Shown: positions 35,901 through 48,700 of the stretch, piece by piece
Position numbering within the stretch: the stretch's first letter is position 1
How the letters are laid out: the number at the start of each line of letters is the position of its first letter
Assembly (NCBI GenBank): GCA_964016885.1
Contig: OZ024745.1
Span: forward strand, 5,890,001-5,954,000
Source of the DNA: Eledone cirrhosa
Taxonomy: Eukaryota
Reading direction: 5' to 3'
Length of the DNA: 64,000 bases
Notes under the pieces: model-generated
The model's input: the letters and a program-made list of their open reading frames with translations, nothing else
Databases searched by the model: none
Told to the model about the DNA's origin: nothing
Translations under genes and position numbers: made by a program

Positions 35901-38160
35901 GTGTCGTGGGGTTGATTCCTGGTTTGAGGTGGTGGGTGATCTAGTGTCGTGGGTTTGATTCCTGGCTTGGGGTGGTGGGTGGTCTAGTGTCGTGGGTTTC
36001 ATTCCTGGGTTGAGGTGGTGGGTGGTCTAGTGTCGTGGGTTTGATTCCTGGTTTGAGGTGGTGGGTGGTCTAGTGTCGTGGGGTTGATTCCTGGTTTGAG
36101 GTGGTGGGTGGTCTAGTGTCGTGGGGTTGATTCCTGGGTTGGGGTGGTGGGTAGTCTAGTGTGGTGGGTTTGATTCCTGGTTTGAGGTGGTGGGTGGTCT
36201 AGTGTGGTGGGTTTGATTCCTGCTTTGAGGTGGTGGGTGCTCTAGGGTCGTGGGTTTGATTCCTGGGTTGAGGTGGTTGGTGGTCTAGTGTCGTGGGTTT
36301 GATTCCTGGGTTGGGGTGGTGGGTGGTCTAGTGTCGTGGGGTTGATTCCTGGGTTGGGGTGGTGGGTGGTCTAGTGTCGTGGAGTTGATTCCTGGTTTGA
36401 GGTGGTGGGTGCTCTAGGGTCGTGGGTTTGATTCCTGGGTTGAGGTGGTGGGTGGTCTAGTGTCGTGGGTTTGATTCCTGGTTTGAAGTGGTGGGTGGTC
36501 TAGTGTCGTGGGGTTGATTCCTGGGTTGGGGTGGTGGGTAGTCTAGTGTGGTGGGTTTGATTCCTGGTTTGAGGTGGTGGGTGGTCTAGTGTGGTGGGTT
36601 TGATTCCTGCTTTGAGGTGGTGGGTGGTCTAGTGTCGTGGGTTTGATTCCTGGGTTGGGGTGGTGGGTGGTCTAGTGTCGTGGGGTTGATTCCTGGTTTG
36701 AGGTGGTGGGTGGTCTAGTGTCGTGGGTTTGATTCCTGGTTTGAGGTGGTGGGTGGTCTAGTGTCGTGGGGTTGATTCCTGGGTTGAGGTGGTGGGTGGT
36801 CTAGTGTCGTGGGTTTGATTCCTGGTTTGAGGTGGTGGGTGGTCTAGTGTCGTGGGCTTGATTCCTGGGTTGGGGTGGTGGGTAGTCTAGTGTGGTGGGT
36901 TTGATTCCTGGTTTGAGGTGGTGGGTGGTCTAGTGTGGTGGGTTTGATTCCTGCTTTGAGGTGGTGGGTGGTCTAGTGTCGTGGGTTTGATTCCTGGGTT
37001 GGGGTGGTGGGTGGTCTAGTGTCGTGGGGTTGATTCCTGGTTTGAGGTGGTGGGTGGTCTAGTGTCGTGGGTTTGATTCCTGGTTTGAGGTGGTGGGTGG
37101 TCTAGTGTCGTAGGGTTGATTCCTGGGTTGAGGTGGTGGGTGGTCTAGTGTCGTGGGTTTGATTCCTGGTTTGAGGTGGTGGGTGGTCTAGTGTCGTGGG
37201 GTTGATTCCTGGGTTGGGGTGGTGGGTAGTCTAGTGTGGTGGGTTTGATTCCTGGTTTGAGGTGGTGGGTGGTCTAGTGTGGTGGGTTTGATTCCTGGTT
37301 TGAGGTGGTGGGTGGTCTAGTGTCGTGGGTTTGATTCCTGGGTTGGGGTGGTGGGTGGTCTAGTGTCGTGGGGTTGATTCCTGGTTTGAGGTGGTGGGTG
37401 GTCTAGTGTCGTGGGTTTGATTCCTGGGTTGGGGTGGTGGGTGATCTAGTGTCGTGGGGTTGATTCCTGGTTTGAGGTGGTGGTTGGTCTAGTGTCGTGG
37501 GTTTGATTCCTGGGTTGGGGTGGTGGGTGGTCTAGTGTCGTGGGGTTGATTCCTGGTTTGAGGTGGTGGGTGATCTAGTGTTGTGGGTTTGATTCCTGGT
37601 TTGAGGTGGTGGGTGGTCTAGTGTCGTGGGTGGTCTAGTGTCGTAGTGTTGATTCCTGGGTTGGGGTGGTGGGTGGTCTAGTGTCGTGGGGTTGCTTCAT
37701 GGGTTGGGGTTGTGGGTGGTATAGTGTCGTGGGGTTGATTCCCGGGTTGAGGTGGTGGGTGACCTAGTGTCGTGGGTTTGATTCCTGGGTTGAGGTGGTG
37801 GGTGGTCTAGTGTCGTGGATTTGATTCCTGGTTGGTTTGAGGTGGTGGGTGGTCTCGTGTCGTGGGCTTGATTCCTGGTTTGAGGTGGTGGGTGGTCTAG
37901 TGTCCTGGGTTTGATTCCTGGTTTGAGGTGGTGGGTGGTCTAGTGTCGTGGGTTTGATTCCTGGTTTGAGGTGGTGGGTGGTTTAGTGTAGTGGGGTTGA
38001 TTCCTAGGTTGGGTTGGTGGCTTGTCTAGTGTCTTGGGTTTGATTCCTGGTTTGAGGTGGTGGGTGGCCTAGTGTCGTGGGTTTGATTCCTGGGTAGGGG
38101 TGGTGGGTGGTCTAGTGTCGTGGGTTTGTTTCCTGGGTTGGGGTGGTGGGTGGTCTAGTG
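32990..38160 (+). repeat. Tandem duplication with a 2601-bp unit, containing a nested 344-bp (8-monomer) repeat
   Basis: gttgtgggtttcattcccgg 33001/35602, ttgcttcat 35091/37692 and the 4-bp insertion ttgg 35231/37832 are all offset by 2601. Marker tagtctagtgtggtg is at 33551, 33938, 34282 and 34626. Confidence 0.9.
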
Positions 38161-41100
38161 TCGTGGGGTTGATTCCTGGGTTGGGGTGGTGGGTGGTCTA
38201 GTGGCGTGGAGTTGATTTCTGGTTTGAGGTGGTGGGTGCTCTAGGGTCGTGGGTTTGATTCCTGGGTTGAGGTGGTGGGTGGTCTAGTGTCGTGGGTTTG
38301 ATTCCTGGTTTGAGGTGGTGGGTGGTCTAGTGTCGTGGGGTTGATTCCTGGGTTGAGGTGGTGGGTGGTCTAGTGTCGTGGGTTTGATTCCTAGTTTGAG
38401 CTGGTGGGTGGTCTAGTGTCGTGGGGTTGATTCCTGGGTCGGGGTGGTGGGTAGTCTAGTGTCGTGGGTTTGATTCCTGGTTTGAGGTGGTGGGTGGTCT
38501 AGTGTGGTGGGTTTGATTCCCGATTTGAGGTGGTGGGTGGTCTGGTGTCGTGGGGTTGATTCCTGGTTTGAGGTGGTGGGTGGTCTGGTGTCGTGGGGTT
38601 GATTCCTGGTTTGAGGTGGTGGGTGGTCTGGTGTCGTGGGGTTGATTCCTGGTTTGAGGTGGTGGGTGGTCTGGTGTCGTAGGGTTGATTCCTGGTTTGA
38701 GGTGGTGGGTGATCTAGTGTCGTGGGTTTGATTCCTGGCTTGGGGTGGTGGGTGGTCTAGTGTCGTGGGTTTGATTCCTTGTTTGAGGTGGTGGGTGGTC
38801 TAGTGTCGTGGGTGGTCTAGTGTCGTAGTGTTGATTCATGGGTTGGGGTGGTGGGTGGTCTAGTGTCGTGGGGTTGATTCATGGGTTGGGGTTGTGGGTG
38901 GTCTAGTGTCGTGGGGTTGATTCCCGGGTTGAGGTGGTGGGTGATCTAGTGTTGTGGGTTTGATTCCTGGGTTGAGGTGGTGGGTGGTCTAGTGTAGTGG
39001 GGTTGATCCTAGGTTGGGGTGGTGGGTAGTCTAGTGTCTTGGGTTTGATTCCTGGTTTGAGGTGGTGGGTGGTCTAGTGTCGTGGAGTTGATTCCTGGGT
39101 TGGGGTGGTGGGTGGTCTAGTGTCCTGGGTTTGATTCCTGGTTTGAGGTGGTGGGTGGTCTAGTGTCGTGGGTTTGATTCCTGGTTTGAGGTGGTGGGTG
39201 GTCTAGTGTAGTGGGGTTGATCCTAGGTTGGGGTGGTGGGTAGTCTAGTGTCTTGGGTTTGATTCCTGGTTTGAGGTGGTGGGTGGTCTAGTGTCGTGGG
39301 TTTGATTCTTGGTTTGAGGTGGTGGGTGGTCTAGTGTCGTGGGTTTGATTCCTGGGTTGGTGTGGTGGGTGGTCTAGTGTCGTGGGTTTGATTCCTGGTT
39401 TAAGGTGGTGGGTGGTCTAGTGTCGTGGGTTTGATTCCTGGGTTGGGGTGGTGGGTGGTCTAGTGTCGTGGGGTTGATTCCTGAGTTGGGGTGGTGGGTG
39501 GTCTAGTGTCGTGGAGTTGATTCCTGGTTTGAGGTGGTGGGTGCTCTAGGGTCGTGGGTTTGATTCCTGGGTTGAGCTGGTTGGTGCTCTAGTGTCGTGG
39601 GTTTGATTCCTGGGTTGGGGTGGTGGGTGGTCTAGTGTCGTGGGGTTGATTCCTGGGTTGGGGTGGTGGGTGGTCTAGTGTCGTGGAGTTGATTCCTGGT
39701 TTGAGGTGGTGGGTGCTCTAGGGTCGTGGGTTTGATTCCTGGGTTGAGGTGGTGGGTGGTCTAGTGTCGTGGGTTTGATTCCTGGTTTGAAGTGGTGGGT
39801 GGTCTAGTGTCGTGGGGTTGATTCCTGGGTTGAGGTGGTGGGTGGTCTAGTGTCGTGGGTTTGATTCCTGGTTTGAGGTGGTGGGTAGTCTAGTGTCGTG
39901 GGTTTGATTCCTGGTTTGAGGTGGTGGGTGGTCTAGTGTCGTGGGGTTGATTCATGCTTTGAGGTGGTGGGTGATCTAGTGTCGTGGGGTTGATTCCTGG
40001 TTTGAGGTGGTGGGTGGTCTAGTGTCGTTGGGTTGATTCCTGGGTTGGGGTGGTGGGTGGTCTAGTGTCGTGGGTTTGATTCCTGGGTTGGGGTGGTGGG
40101 TGGTCTAGTGTCGTTGGGTTGATTCCTGGGTTGGGGTGGTTGGAGGTCTAGTGTCGTGGGGTTGATTCTTGGTTTGAGGTGGTGGGTGGTCTGGTGTCGT
40201 GGGGTTGATTCCTGGTTTGAGGTGGTGGGTGATCTAGTGTCGTGGGTTTGATTCCTGGCTTGGGGTGGTGGGCGGTCTAGTGTCGTGGGTTTGATTCCTT
40301 GTTTGAGGTGGTGGGTGGTCTAGTGTCGTGGGTGGTCTAGTGTCGTAGTGTTGATTCCTGGGTTGGGGTGGTGGGTGGTCAAGTGTCGTGGGGTTGATTC
40401 ATGGGTTGAGGTGGTGGGTGGTCTAGTGTCGTGGATTTGATTCCTGGTTGGTTTGAGGTGGTGGGTGGTCTCGTGTCGTGGGGTTGATTCCTGGTTTGAG
40501 GTGGTGGGTGGTCTAGTGTCCTGGGTTTGATTCCTGGTTTGAGGTGGTGGGTGGTCTAGTGTCGTGGGTTTGATTCCTGGTTTGAGGTGGTGGGTGGTCT
40601 AGTGTCGTGGGGTTGATTCCTAGGTTGGGGTGGTGGGTTGTCTAGTGTCGTGGGGTTGATTCCTGGGTTGGGGTGGTGGGTGGTCTAGTGTCGTGGGGTT
40701 GATTCCTGGGTTGAGGTGGTGGGTGGTCTAGTGTCGTGGGTTTGATTCCTGGTTTGAAGTGGTGAGTCGTCTAGTGTCGTGGGTTTGATTCCTGGTTTGA
40801 GGTGGTGGGTGGCCTAGTGTCGTGGGTTTGATTCCTGGGTAGGGGTGGTGGGTGGTCTAGTGTCGTGGGTTTGATTCCTGGGTTGGGGTGGTGGGTGGTC
40901 TAGTGTCGTGGGGTTGATTCCTGGGTTGGGGTGGTGGGTGGTCTAGTGTCGTGGAGTTGATTCCTGGTTTGAGGTGGTGGGTGCTCTAGGGTCGTGGGTT
41001 TGATTCCTGGGTTGAGGTGGTGGGTGGTCTTGTGTCGTGGGTTTGATTCCTGGTTTGAGGTGGTGGGTGGTCTAGTGTCGTGGGTTTGATTCCTGGGTTG

Positions 41101-42129
41101 GGGTGGTGGGTGGTCTAGTGTCGTGGGGTTGATTCCTGGGTTGAGGTGGTGGGTGGTCTAGTGTCGTGGGTTTGATTCCTGGTTTGAGGTGGTGGGTGGT
41201 CTAGTATCGTGGGGTTGATTCCTGGGTTGGGGTGGTGGGTAGTCTAGTGTCGTGGGTTTGATTCCTAGTTTGAGGTGGTGGGTGGTCTAGTGTGGTGGGT
41301 TTGATTCCTGATTTGAGGTGGTGGGTGATCTAGTGTCGTGGGGTTGATTCCTGGTTTGAGGTGGTGGGTGGTCTGGTGTCGTGGGGTTGATTCCTGGTTT
41401 GAGGTGGTGGGTGATCTAGTGTCGTGGGTTTGATTCCTGGCTTGGGGTGGTGGGTGGTCTAGTGTCGTGGGTTTGATTCCTTGTTTGAGGTGGTGGGTGG
41501 TCTAGTGTCGTGGGTGGTCTAGTGTCGTAGTGTTGATTCATGGGTTGGGGTGGTGGGTGGTCTAGTGTCGTGGGGTTGATTCATGGGTTGGGGTTGTGGG
41601 TGGTCTAGTGTCGTGGGGTTGATTCCCGGGTTGAGGTGGTGGGTGATCTAGTGTTGTGGGTTTGATTCCTGGGTTGATGTGGTGGGTGGTCTAGTGTCGT
41701 GGGTTTGATTCCTAGTTTGAGGTGGTGGGTGGTCTAGTGTCGTGGGTTTGATTCCTGGGTTGGTGTGGTGGGTGGTCTAGTGTCGTGGGTTTGATTCCTG
41801 GTTTAAGGTGGTGGGTGGTCTAGTGTCGTGGGTTTGATTCCTGGGTTGGGGTGGTGGGTAGTCTAGTGTCTTGGGTTTGATTCCTGGTTTGAGGTGGTGG
41901 GTGATCTAGTGTCGTGGGTTTGATTCCTAGTTTGAGGTGGTGGGTGGTCTAGTGTCGTGGGTTTGATTCCTAGTTTGAGGTGGTGGGTGGTCTAGTGTCG
42001 TGGGTTTGATTCCTGGGTTGGGGTGGTGGGTAGTCTAGTGTCGTGGGTTTGATTCCTGGGTTGGGGTGGTGGGTGGTCTAGTTTCGTGGGTTTGATTCCT
42101 GGGTTGGGGTGGTGGCTGGTCTAGTGTGG

Positions 42130-42770
42130 AGGGGTTGATTCCTGGGTTGAGGTGGTGGGTGGTCTAGTGTGGTGGGTTTGATTCCTGCTTTGAGGTGGTG
42201 GGTGATCTAGTGTTGTGGGGTTGATTCCTGGTTTGAGGTGGTGGGTGATCTAGTGTTGTGGGGTTGATTCCTGGGTTGAGGTGGTGGGTGGTCTAGTGTC
42301 GTGGGTTTGATTCCTGGGTTGAGGTGGTGGGTGGTCTAGTGTGGTGGGTTTGATTCCTGCTTTGAGGTGGTGGGTGATCTAGTGTTGTGGGGTTGATTCC
42401 TGGTTTGAGGTGGTGGGTGGTCTAGTGTCGTGGGGTTGATTCCTGGGTTGAGGTGGTGGGTGGTCTAGTGTCGTGGGTTTGATTCCTGGTTTGAGGTGGT
42501 GGGTGGTCTAGTGTGGTGGGTTTGATTCCTGCTTTGAGGTGGTGGGTGATCTAGTGTTGTGGGGTTGATTCCTGGTTTGAGGTGGTGGGTGGTCTAGTGT
42601 CGTGGGTTTGATTCCTGGTTTGAGGTGGTGGGTGGTCTAGTATCGTGGGTTTGATTCCTGGTTTGAGGTGGTGGGTGGTCTAGTGTGGTGGGTTTGATTC
42701 CTGCTTTGAGGTGGTGGGTGATCTAGTGTTGTGGGGTTGATTCCTGGTTTGAGGTGGTGGGTGGTCTAGT
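42130..42770 (+). repeat. 172-bp (4-monomer) higher-order repeat, about 4 copies
   Basis: cctgctttgaggtggtgggtgatctagtgttgtgggg at 42184, 42356, 42528 and 42700. Confidence 0.85.
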
Positions 42771-45700
42771 GTCGTGTGTTTGATTCCTGGGTTGGGTTGG
42801 TGGGTGGTCTAGTGTCGTTGGGTTGATTCCTGGGTTGGGGTGGTTGGTGGTCTAGTGTCGTGGGGTTGATTCCTGGTATGAGGTGGTGGGTGGTCTGGTG
42901 TCGTGAGGTTGATTCCTGGGTTGAGGTGGTGGGTGGTCTAGTGTCGTGGGTGGTCTAGTGTCGTGGGTTTGATTCCTGGGTTGGGGTGGTGGGTGGTCTA
43001 GTGTGTGGGTTTGATTCCTGGTTTGAGGTGGTGGGTGGTCTAGTGTCGTGGGTTTGATTCCTGGGTTGGGGTGGTGGGTGGTCTAGTGTGTGGGTTTGAT
43101 TCCTGGTTTGAGGTGGTGGGTGGTCTAGTGTCGTGGGTTTGATTCCTGGGTTGGGGTGGTGGGTGGTCTAGTGTCGTTGGGTTGATTCCTGGGTTGGGGT
43201 GGTGGGTGGTCTAGTGTCGTGGGGTTGATTCATGGGTTGGGGTGGTGAGTGGTCTAGTGTCGTGGGGTTGATTCCCAGGTTGGGGTAGTGGGTGATCTAG
43301 TGTCGTTGGTTTGATTCCTGGGTTGAGGTGGTGGGTGGTCTAGTGTCGTGGGTTTGATTCCTGGTTTGAGGTGGTGGGTGGTCTAGTGTCGTGGGGTTGA
43401 TTCCTGGTTTGAGCTGGTGGGTGGTCTAGTGTCGTGGGGTTGATTCCTTGTTTCAGGTGGTGGGTGATCTAGTGTCGTGGGTTTGATTCCTGGCTTGGGG
43501 TGGTGGGTGGTCTAGTGTCGTGGGTTTCATTCCTGGGTTCGGGTGGTGGGTGGTCTAGTGTCGTGGGGTTGATTCCTGGTTTGAGGTGGTGGGTGGTCTA
43601 GTGTCGTGGGGTTGATTCCTGGTTTGAGGTGGTGGGTGGTCTAGTGTCGTTGGGTTGATTCCTGGGATGGGGTGGTGGGTAGTCTAGTGTCGTGTGTTTG
43701 GTTCCTGGTTTGAGGTGGTGGGTGGTCTAGTGTCGTGGGGTTGATTCCTGGTTTGAGGTGGTGGGTGGTCTAGTGTCGTGGGGTTGATTCCTATCTTGGG
43801 GTGGTGGGTGGTCTAGTGTCGTGGGTTTGATTCCTGGGTTGGGGTGGTGGGTGGTCTAGTGTCGTGGGGTTGATTCCTGGGTTGGGGTGGTGGGTTGTCT
43901 AGTGTCGTGGGTTTGATTCCTGGTTTGAGGTGGTGGGTGGTCTATTGTCGTGTGTTTGATTCCTGGTTTGAGGTGGTGGATGGTCTAGTGTCGTGGGTTT
44001 GTTCCTGGTTTGAGGTGGTGGATGGTCTAGTGTCGTGGGTTTGTTCCTGGTTTGAGGTGGTGGATGGTCTAGTGTCGTGGGTTTGTTCCTCGTTTGAGGT
44101 GGTGGGTGGTCTAGTGTCGTGGGTTTGTTCCTGGTTTGAGGTGGTGGATGGTCTAGTGTCGTGGGTTTGTTCCCGGTTTGAGGTGGTGGATGGTCTAGTG
44201 TCGTGGGTTTGTTCCTGGTTTGAGGTGGTGGATGGTCTAGTGTCGTGGGTTTGTTCCTGGTTTGAGGTGGTGGGTTGTCTAGTGTCGTGGGTTTGTTCCT
44301 GGTTTGAGGTGGTGGGTGGTCTAGTGTCGTGGGTTTGTTCCTGGTTTGAGCTGGTGGGTGGTCTAGTGTCGTGGGTTTGATTCCTGGTATGAGGTGGTGG
44401 ATGGTCTAGTGTCGTGGGTTTGATACCTGGGTTGGGATGGTGGGTGGTCTAGTGTCGTGGGTTTGATTCCTGGGTTGGGGTGGTGGGTGGTCTAGTGTCG
44501 TGGTTTTGTTCCTGGTTTGAGGTGGTGGATGGTCTAGTGTCGTGGGTTTGTTCCTGGTTTGAAGTGGTGGATGGTCTAGTGTCGTGGGTTTGTTCCTGGG
44601 TTTGAGGTGGTGGGTGGTCTAGTGTCGTGGGTTTGTTCCTGGTTTGAGATGGTGGGTGGTCTAGTGTCGTGGGTTTGTTCCTGGTTTGAGGTGGTGGGTT
44701 GTCTAGTGTCGTGGGTTTGATTCCTGATTTGAGGTGGTGGATGGTCTAGTGTCGTGGGTTTGATTCCTGGGTTGGGGTGGTGGGTGGTCTAGTGTCGTGG
44801 GTTTGATTCCTGGGTCGGGATGGTGGGTGGTCTAGTTTCGTGGGTTTGTTCCTGGTTTGAGGTGGTGGGTGGTCTAGTGTCGTGGGTTTGATTCCTGGGT
44901 TGGGGTGGTGGGTGGTCTAATGTCGTGGGGTTGATTCCTGGTTTGAGGTGGTGGGTGGTCTAGTGTCGTGGGTTTGATTCCTGGGTTGGGGTGGTGGGTG
45001 GTCTAGTGTTGTGGGTTTGATTCTTGTTTTGATGTGGTGGGTGGTCTAATGTCGTGGGTTTGATTCCTGGGTTGGGGTGGTGGGTGGTCTAGTGTCGTGG
45101 GTTTGAATCCTGGTTTGATGTGGTGGATGGTCTAGTGTCGTGTGTTTGATTCCGGGGATGGGGTGGTGGGTGGTCTAGTGTCGTGGGTTTGATTATGGGT
45201 TGGGGTGGTGGTTGGTCTAGTGTAGTGGGGTTGATTCCTGGTTTGAGGTGGTGGGTGGTCTAGTGTCGTGGGTTTGATTCCTGGTTTGAGGTGGTGGGTG
45301 GTCTAGTGTCGTGGGTTTGATTCCTGGTTTGGGGTGGTGGGTGGTCTAGTGTCGTGGGGTTGATTCCTGGGTTGGGTTGGTGGGTAGTCTAGTGTCGTGG
45401 GTTTGATTCCTGGTTTGAGGTGGTGGGTGGTCTAGTGCCGTGGGGTTGATTCCTGGTTTGAGGTGGTGGGTGATCTAGTGTCGTGGGTTTGATTCCTATC
45501 TTGGGGTGGTGGGTGGTCTAGTGTCGTGTGTTTGATTCCTGGGTTGGGGTGGTGGGTGGTCTAGTGTCGTGGGTTTGATTCCTGGGTTGGTGTGGTGGGT
45601 GGTCTAGTGTCGTGGGTTTGATTCCTGGGTTGGGGTGGTGGGTGGTCTAGTGTCGTGGGGTTTATACCTGGTTTGAGGTGGTGGGTGGTCTAGTATCGTT

Positions 45701-48700
45701 GGTTTCATTATGGGTTGGGGTGGTGGGTGGTCTAGTGTCGTGGGTTTGATTCCTGGTTTGAGATGGTGGGTGGTCTAGTGTCGTGGGTTTGATTCCTGGG
45801 TTGGGGTGGTGGGTGGTCTAGTGTCGTGGGGTTGATTCCTGGTTTGAGGTGGTGGGTGGTCTAGTATCGTTGGTTTGATTATGGGTTGGGGTGATGGGTG
45901 GTCTAGTGTCTTGGGTTTGATTCCTGGGTTGAGGTTGTGGGTGGTCTAGTGTCGTGGGTTTGATTCCTGGGTTGGGGTGGTGGGTGGTCTAGTGTCGTGG
46001 GGTTGATTCCTGGTTTGAGGTGGTGGGTGGTCTAGTGTCGTGTGTTTGATTCCTGGTTTGAGGTGGTGGGTGGTCTAGTATCGTTGGTTTGATTATGGGT
46101 TGGGGTGGTGGGTGGCCTAGTGTCGTGGGGTTGATTCATGGGTTGGGGTTGTGGGTGGTCTAGTGTCGTGGGGTTGATTCCCGGGTTGGGGTGGTGGTTG
46201 ATCTAGTGTCGTGGCTTTGATTCCTGGGTTGAGGTGGTGGGTGGTCTAGTGTCGTGGGTTTGATTCCTGGTTTGAGGTGGTGGGTGGTCTAGTGTCGTGG
46301 GTTTGATTCCTGGGTTGGGGTGGTGGGTGGTCTAGTGTCGTGGGGTTGATTCCTGGTTTGAGGTGGTGGGTGGTCTAGTGTCCTGGGTTTGATTCCTGGT
46401 TTGAGGTGGTGGGTGGTCTAGTGTCGTGGGTTTGATTCCTGGTTTGAGGTGGTGGGTGGTTTAGTGTAGTGGGGTTGATTCCTAGGTTGGGGTGGTGGGT
46501 AGTCTAGTGTCGTGGGTTTGATTCCTGGGTTGGGGTGGTGGGTAGACTAGTGTCGTGGGTTTGATTCCTGGGTTGGGGTGGTGGGTGGTCTAGTTTCGTG
46601 GGTTTGATTCCTGGGTTGGGGTGGTGGGTGGTCTAGTGTGGTGGGTTTGATTCCTGGTTTGAGGTGGTGGGTGGGCTAGTGTCGTGGGTTTGATTCCTGG
46701 GTTGGGGTGGTGGGTGGTCTAGTGTCGTGGGTTTGATTCCTGGGTTGGGATGGTGGGTGGTCTAGTGTCGTGGGGTTGATTCCTGGTTTGAGGTGGTGGG
46801 TGGTCTAGTGTCGTGGGGTTGATTCCTGGGTTGAGGTGGTGGGTGGTCTAGTGTCGTGGGTTTGATTCCTGGTTTGAGGTGGTGGGTGATCTAGTGTCGT
46901 GGGTTTGATTCCTGGCTTGGGGTGGTGGGTGGTCTAGTGTCGTGGGTTTGATTCCTGGGTTGGGGTGGTGGGTGATCTAGTGTCGTGGGTTTGATTCCTG
47001 GTTTGACTTGGTGGGTGGTCTAGTGTCGTGGGGTTGATTCCTTGTTTCAGGTGGTGGGTGATCTAGTCTCGTTGGTTTGATTCCTGGCTCGGGGTGGTGG
47101 GTGGTCTAGTGTCGTGGGTTTGATTCCTGGGTTGGGGTGGTGGGTGGTCTAGTGTCGTGGGGTTGATTCCTGGTTTGAGGTGGTGGGTGGTCTAGTGTCG
47201 TGGGGTTGATTCCTGGGATGGGGTGGTGGGTAGTCTAGTGTCGTGGGTTTGATTACTGGTTTGGTGTGGTGGGTGGTCTAGTGTCGTGGGGTTGATTCCT
47301 GGTTTGAGGTGGTGGGTGGTCTAGTGTCGTGGGGTTGATTCCTGGGATGGGGTGGTGGGTAGTCTAGTGTCGTGCGTTTGATTCCTGGTTTGGTGTGGTG
47401 TGTGGTCTAGTGTCGTGGGGTTGATTCCTGGGATGGGGTGGTGGGTGGTCTAGTGTCGTGGGGTTGATTCCTGGTTTGGTGTGGTGGGTGGTCTAGTGTC
47501 GTGGGGTTGATTCCTGGTTTGAGGTGGTGGGTGATCTAGTGTCGTGGGTTTGATTCCTGGGTTGGGGTGGTGGGTGGTCTAGTGTCGTGGGTTTGATTCC
47601 TGGGTTGGGGTGGTGGGTGGTCTAGTGTCGTGGGTTTGATTCCTGGGTTGGGGTGGTGGGTGGTCTAGTCTCGTGGGTTTGATTCCTGGGTTGGGGTGGT
47701 GGGTGGTCTAGTGTCGTGGGTTTGATTCCTGGGTTGGGGTGGTGGGTGGTCTAGTGTCGTGGGGTTGATTCCTGGGTTGGGGTGGTGGGTGGTCTAGTGT
47801 CGTAGGTTTGATTCCTGGTTTGAGGTGGTGGGTGGTTTATTGTCGTGGGTTTGATTCCTGGTTTGAGGTGGTGGATGGTCTAGTGTCGTGGGTTTGTTCC
47901 TGGTTTGAGGTGGTGGATGGTCTAGTGTCGTGGGTTTGTTCCTGGTTTGAGGTGGTGGATGGTCTAGTGTCGTGGGTTTGTTCCTGGTTTGAGGTGGTGG
48001 ATGGTCTAGTGTCGTGGGTTTGTTCCTGGTTTGAGGTGGTGGATGGTCTAGTGTCGTGGGTTTGTTCCTGGTTTGAGGTGGTGGCTGGACTAGTGTCGTG
48101 GGTTTGTTCCTGGTTTGAGGTGGTGGATGGTCTAGTGTCGTGGGTTTGTTCCTGGTTTGAGGTGGTGGATGGTCAAGTGTCGTGGGTTTGTTCCTAGTTT
48201 GAGGTGGTGGATGGTCTAGTGTCGTGGGTTTGTTCCTGGTTTGAGGTGGTGGATGGTCTAGTGTCGTGGGTTTGTTCCTGGTTTGAGGTGGTGGGTGGTC
48301 TAGTGTTGTAGGTTTGTTCCTGGTTTGAGGTGGTGGGTGGTCTAGTGTCGTGGATTTGTTCCTGGTTTGAGGTGGTGGGTGGTCTAGTGTCGTGGGTTTG
48401 TTCCTGGTTTGAGGTGGTGGGTGGTCTAGTGTCGTGGGTTTGATTCCTGGGTTGGGGTGGTGGGTGGTCTAGTGTCGTGGGTTTGATTCCTGGGTTGGGG
48501 TGGTGGGTGGTCTAGTGTCGTGGGTTTGTTCCTGGTTTGAGGTGGTGGATGATCTAGTGTCGTGGGTTTGTTCCTGGTTTGAGGTGGTGGATGGTCTAGT
48601 GTCGTGGGATTGTTCCTAGGTTTGAGGTGGTGGGTGGTCTAGTGTCGTGGGTTTGTTCCTGGTTTGAGATGGTGGGTGGTCTAGTGTCGTGGGTTTGTTC

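Larger units (their letters stand above)
32120..43900 (+). repeat. Long domain of 43-bp monomers
   Basis: gttcc-type 42-bp monomers are absent and ggatggtc is essentially absent. The ORF track is empty from 30920 to 43894. Confidence 0.9.
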
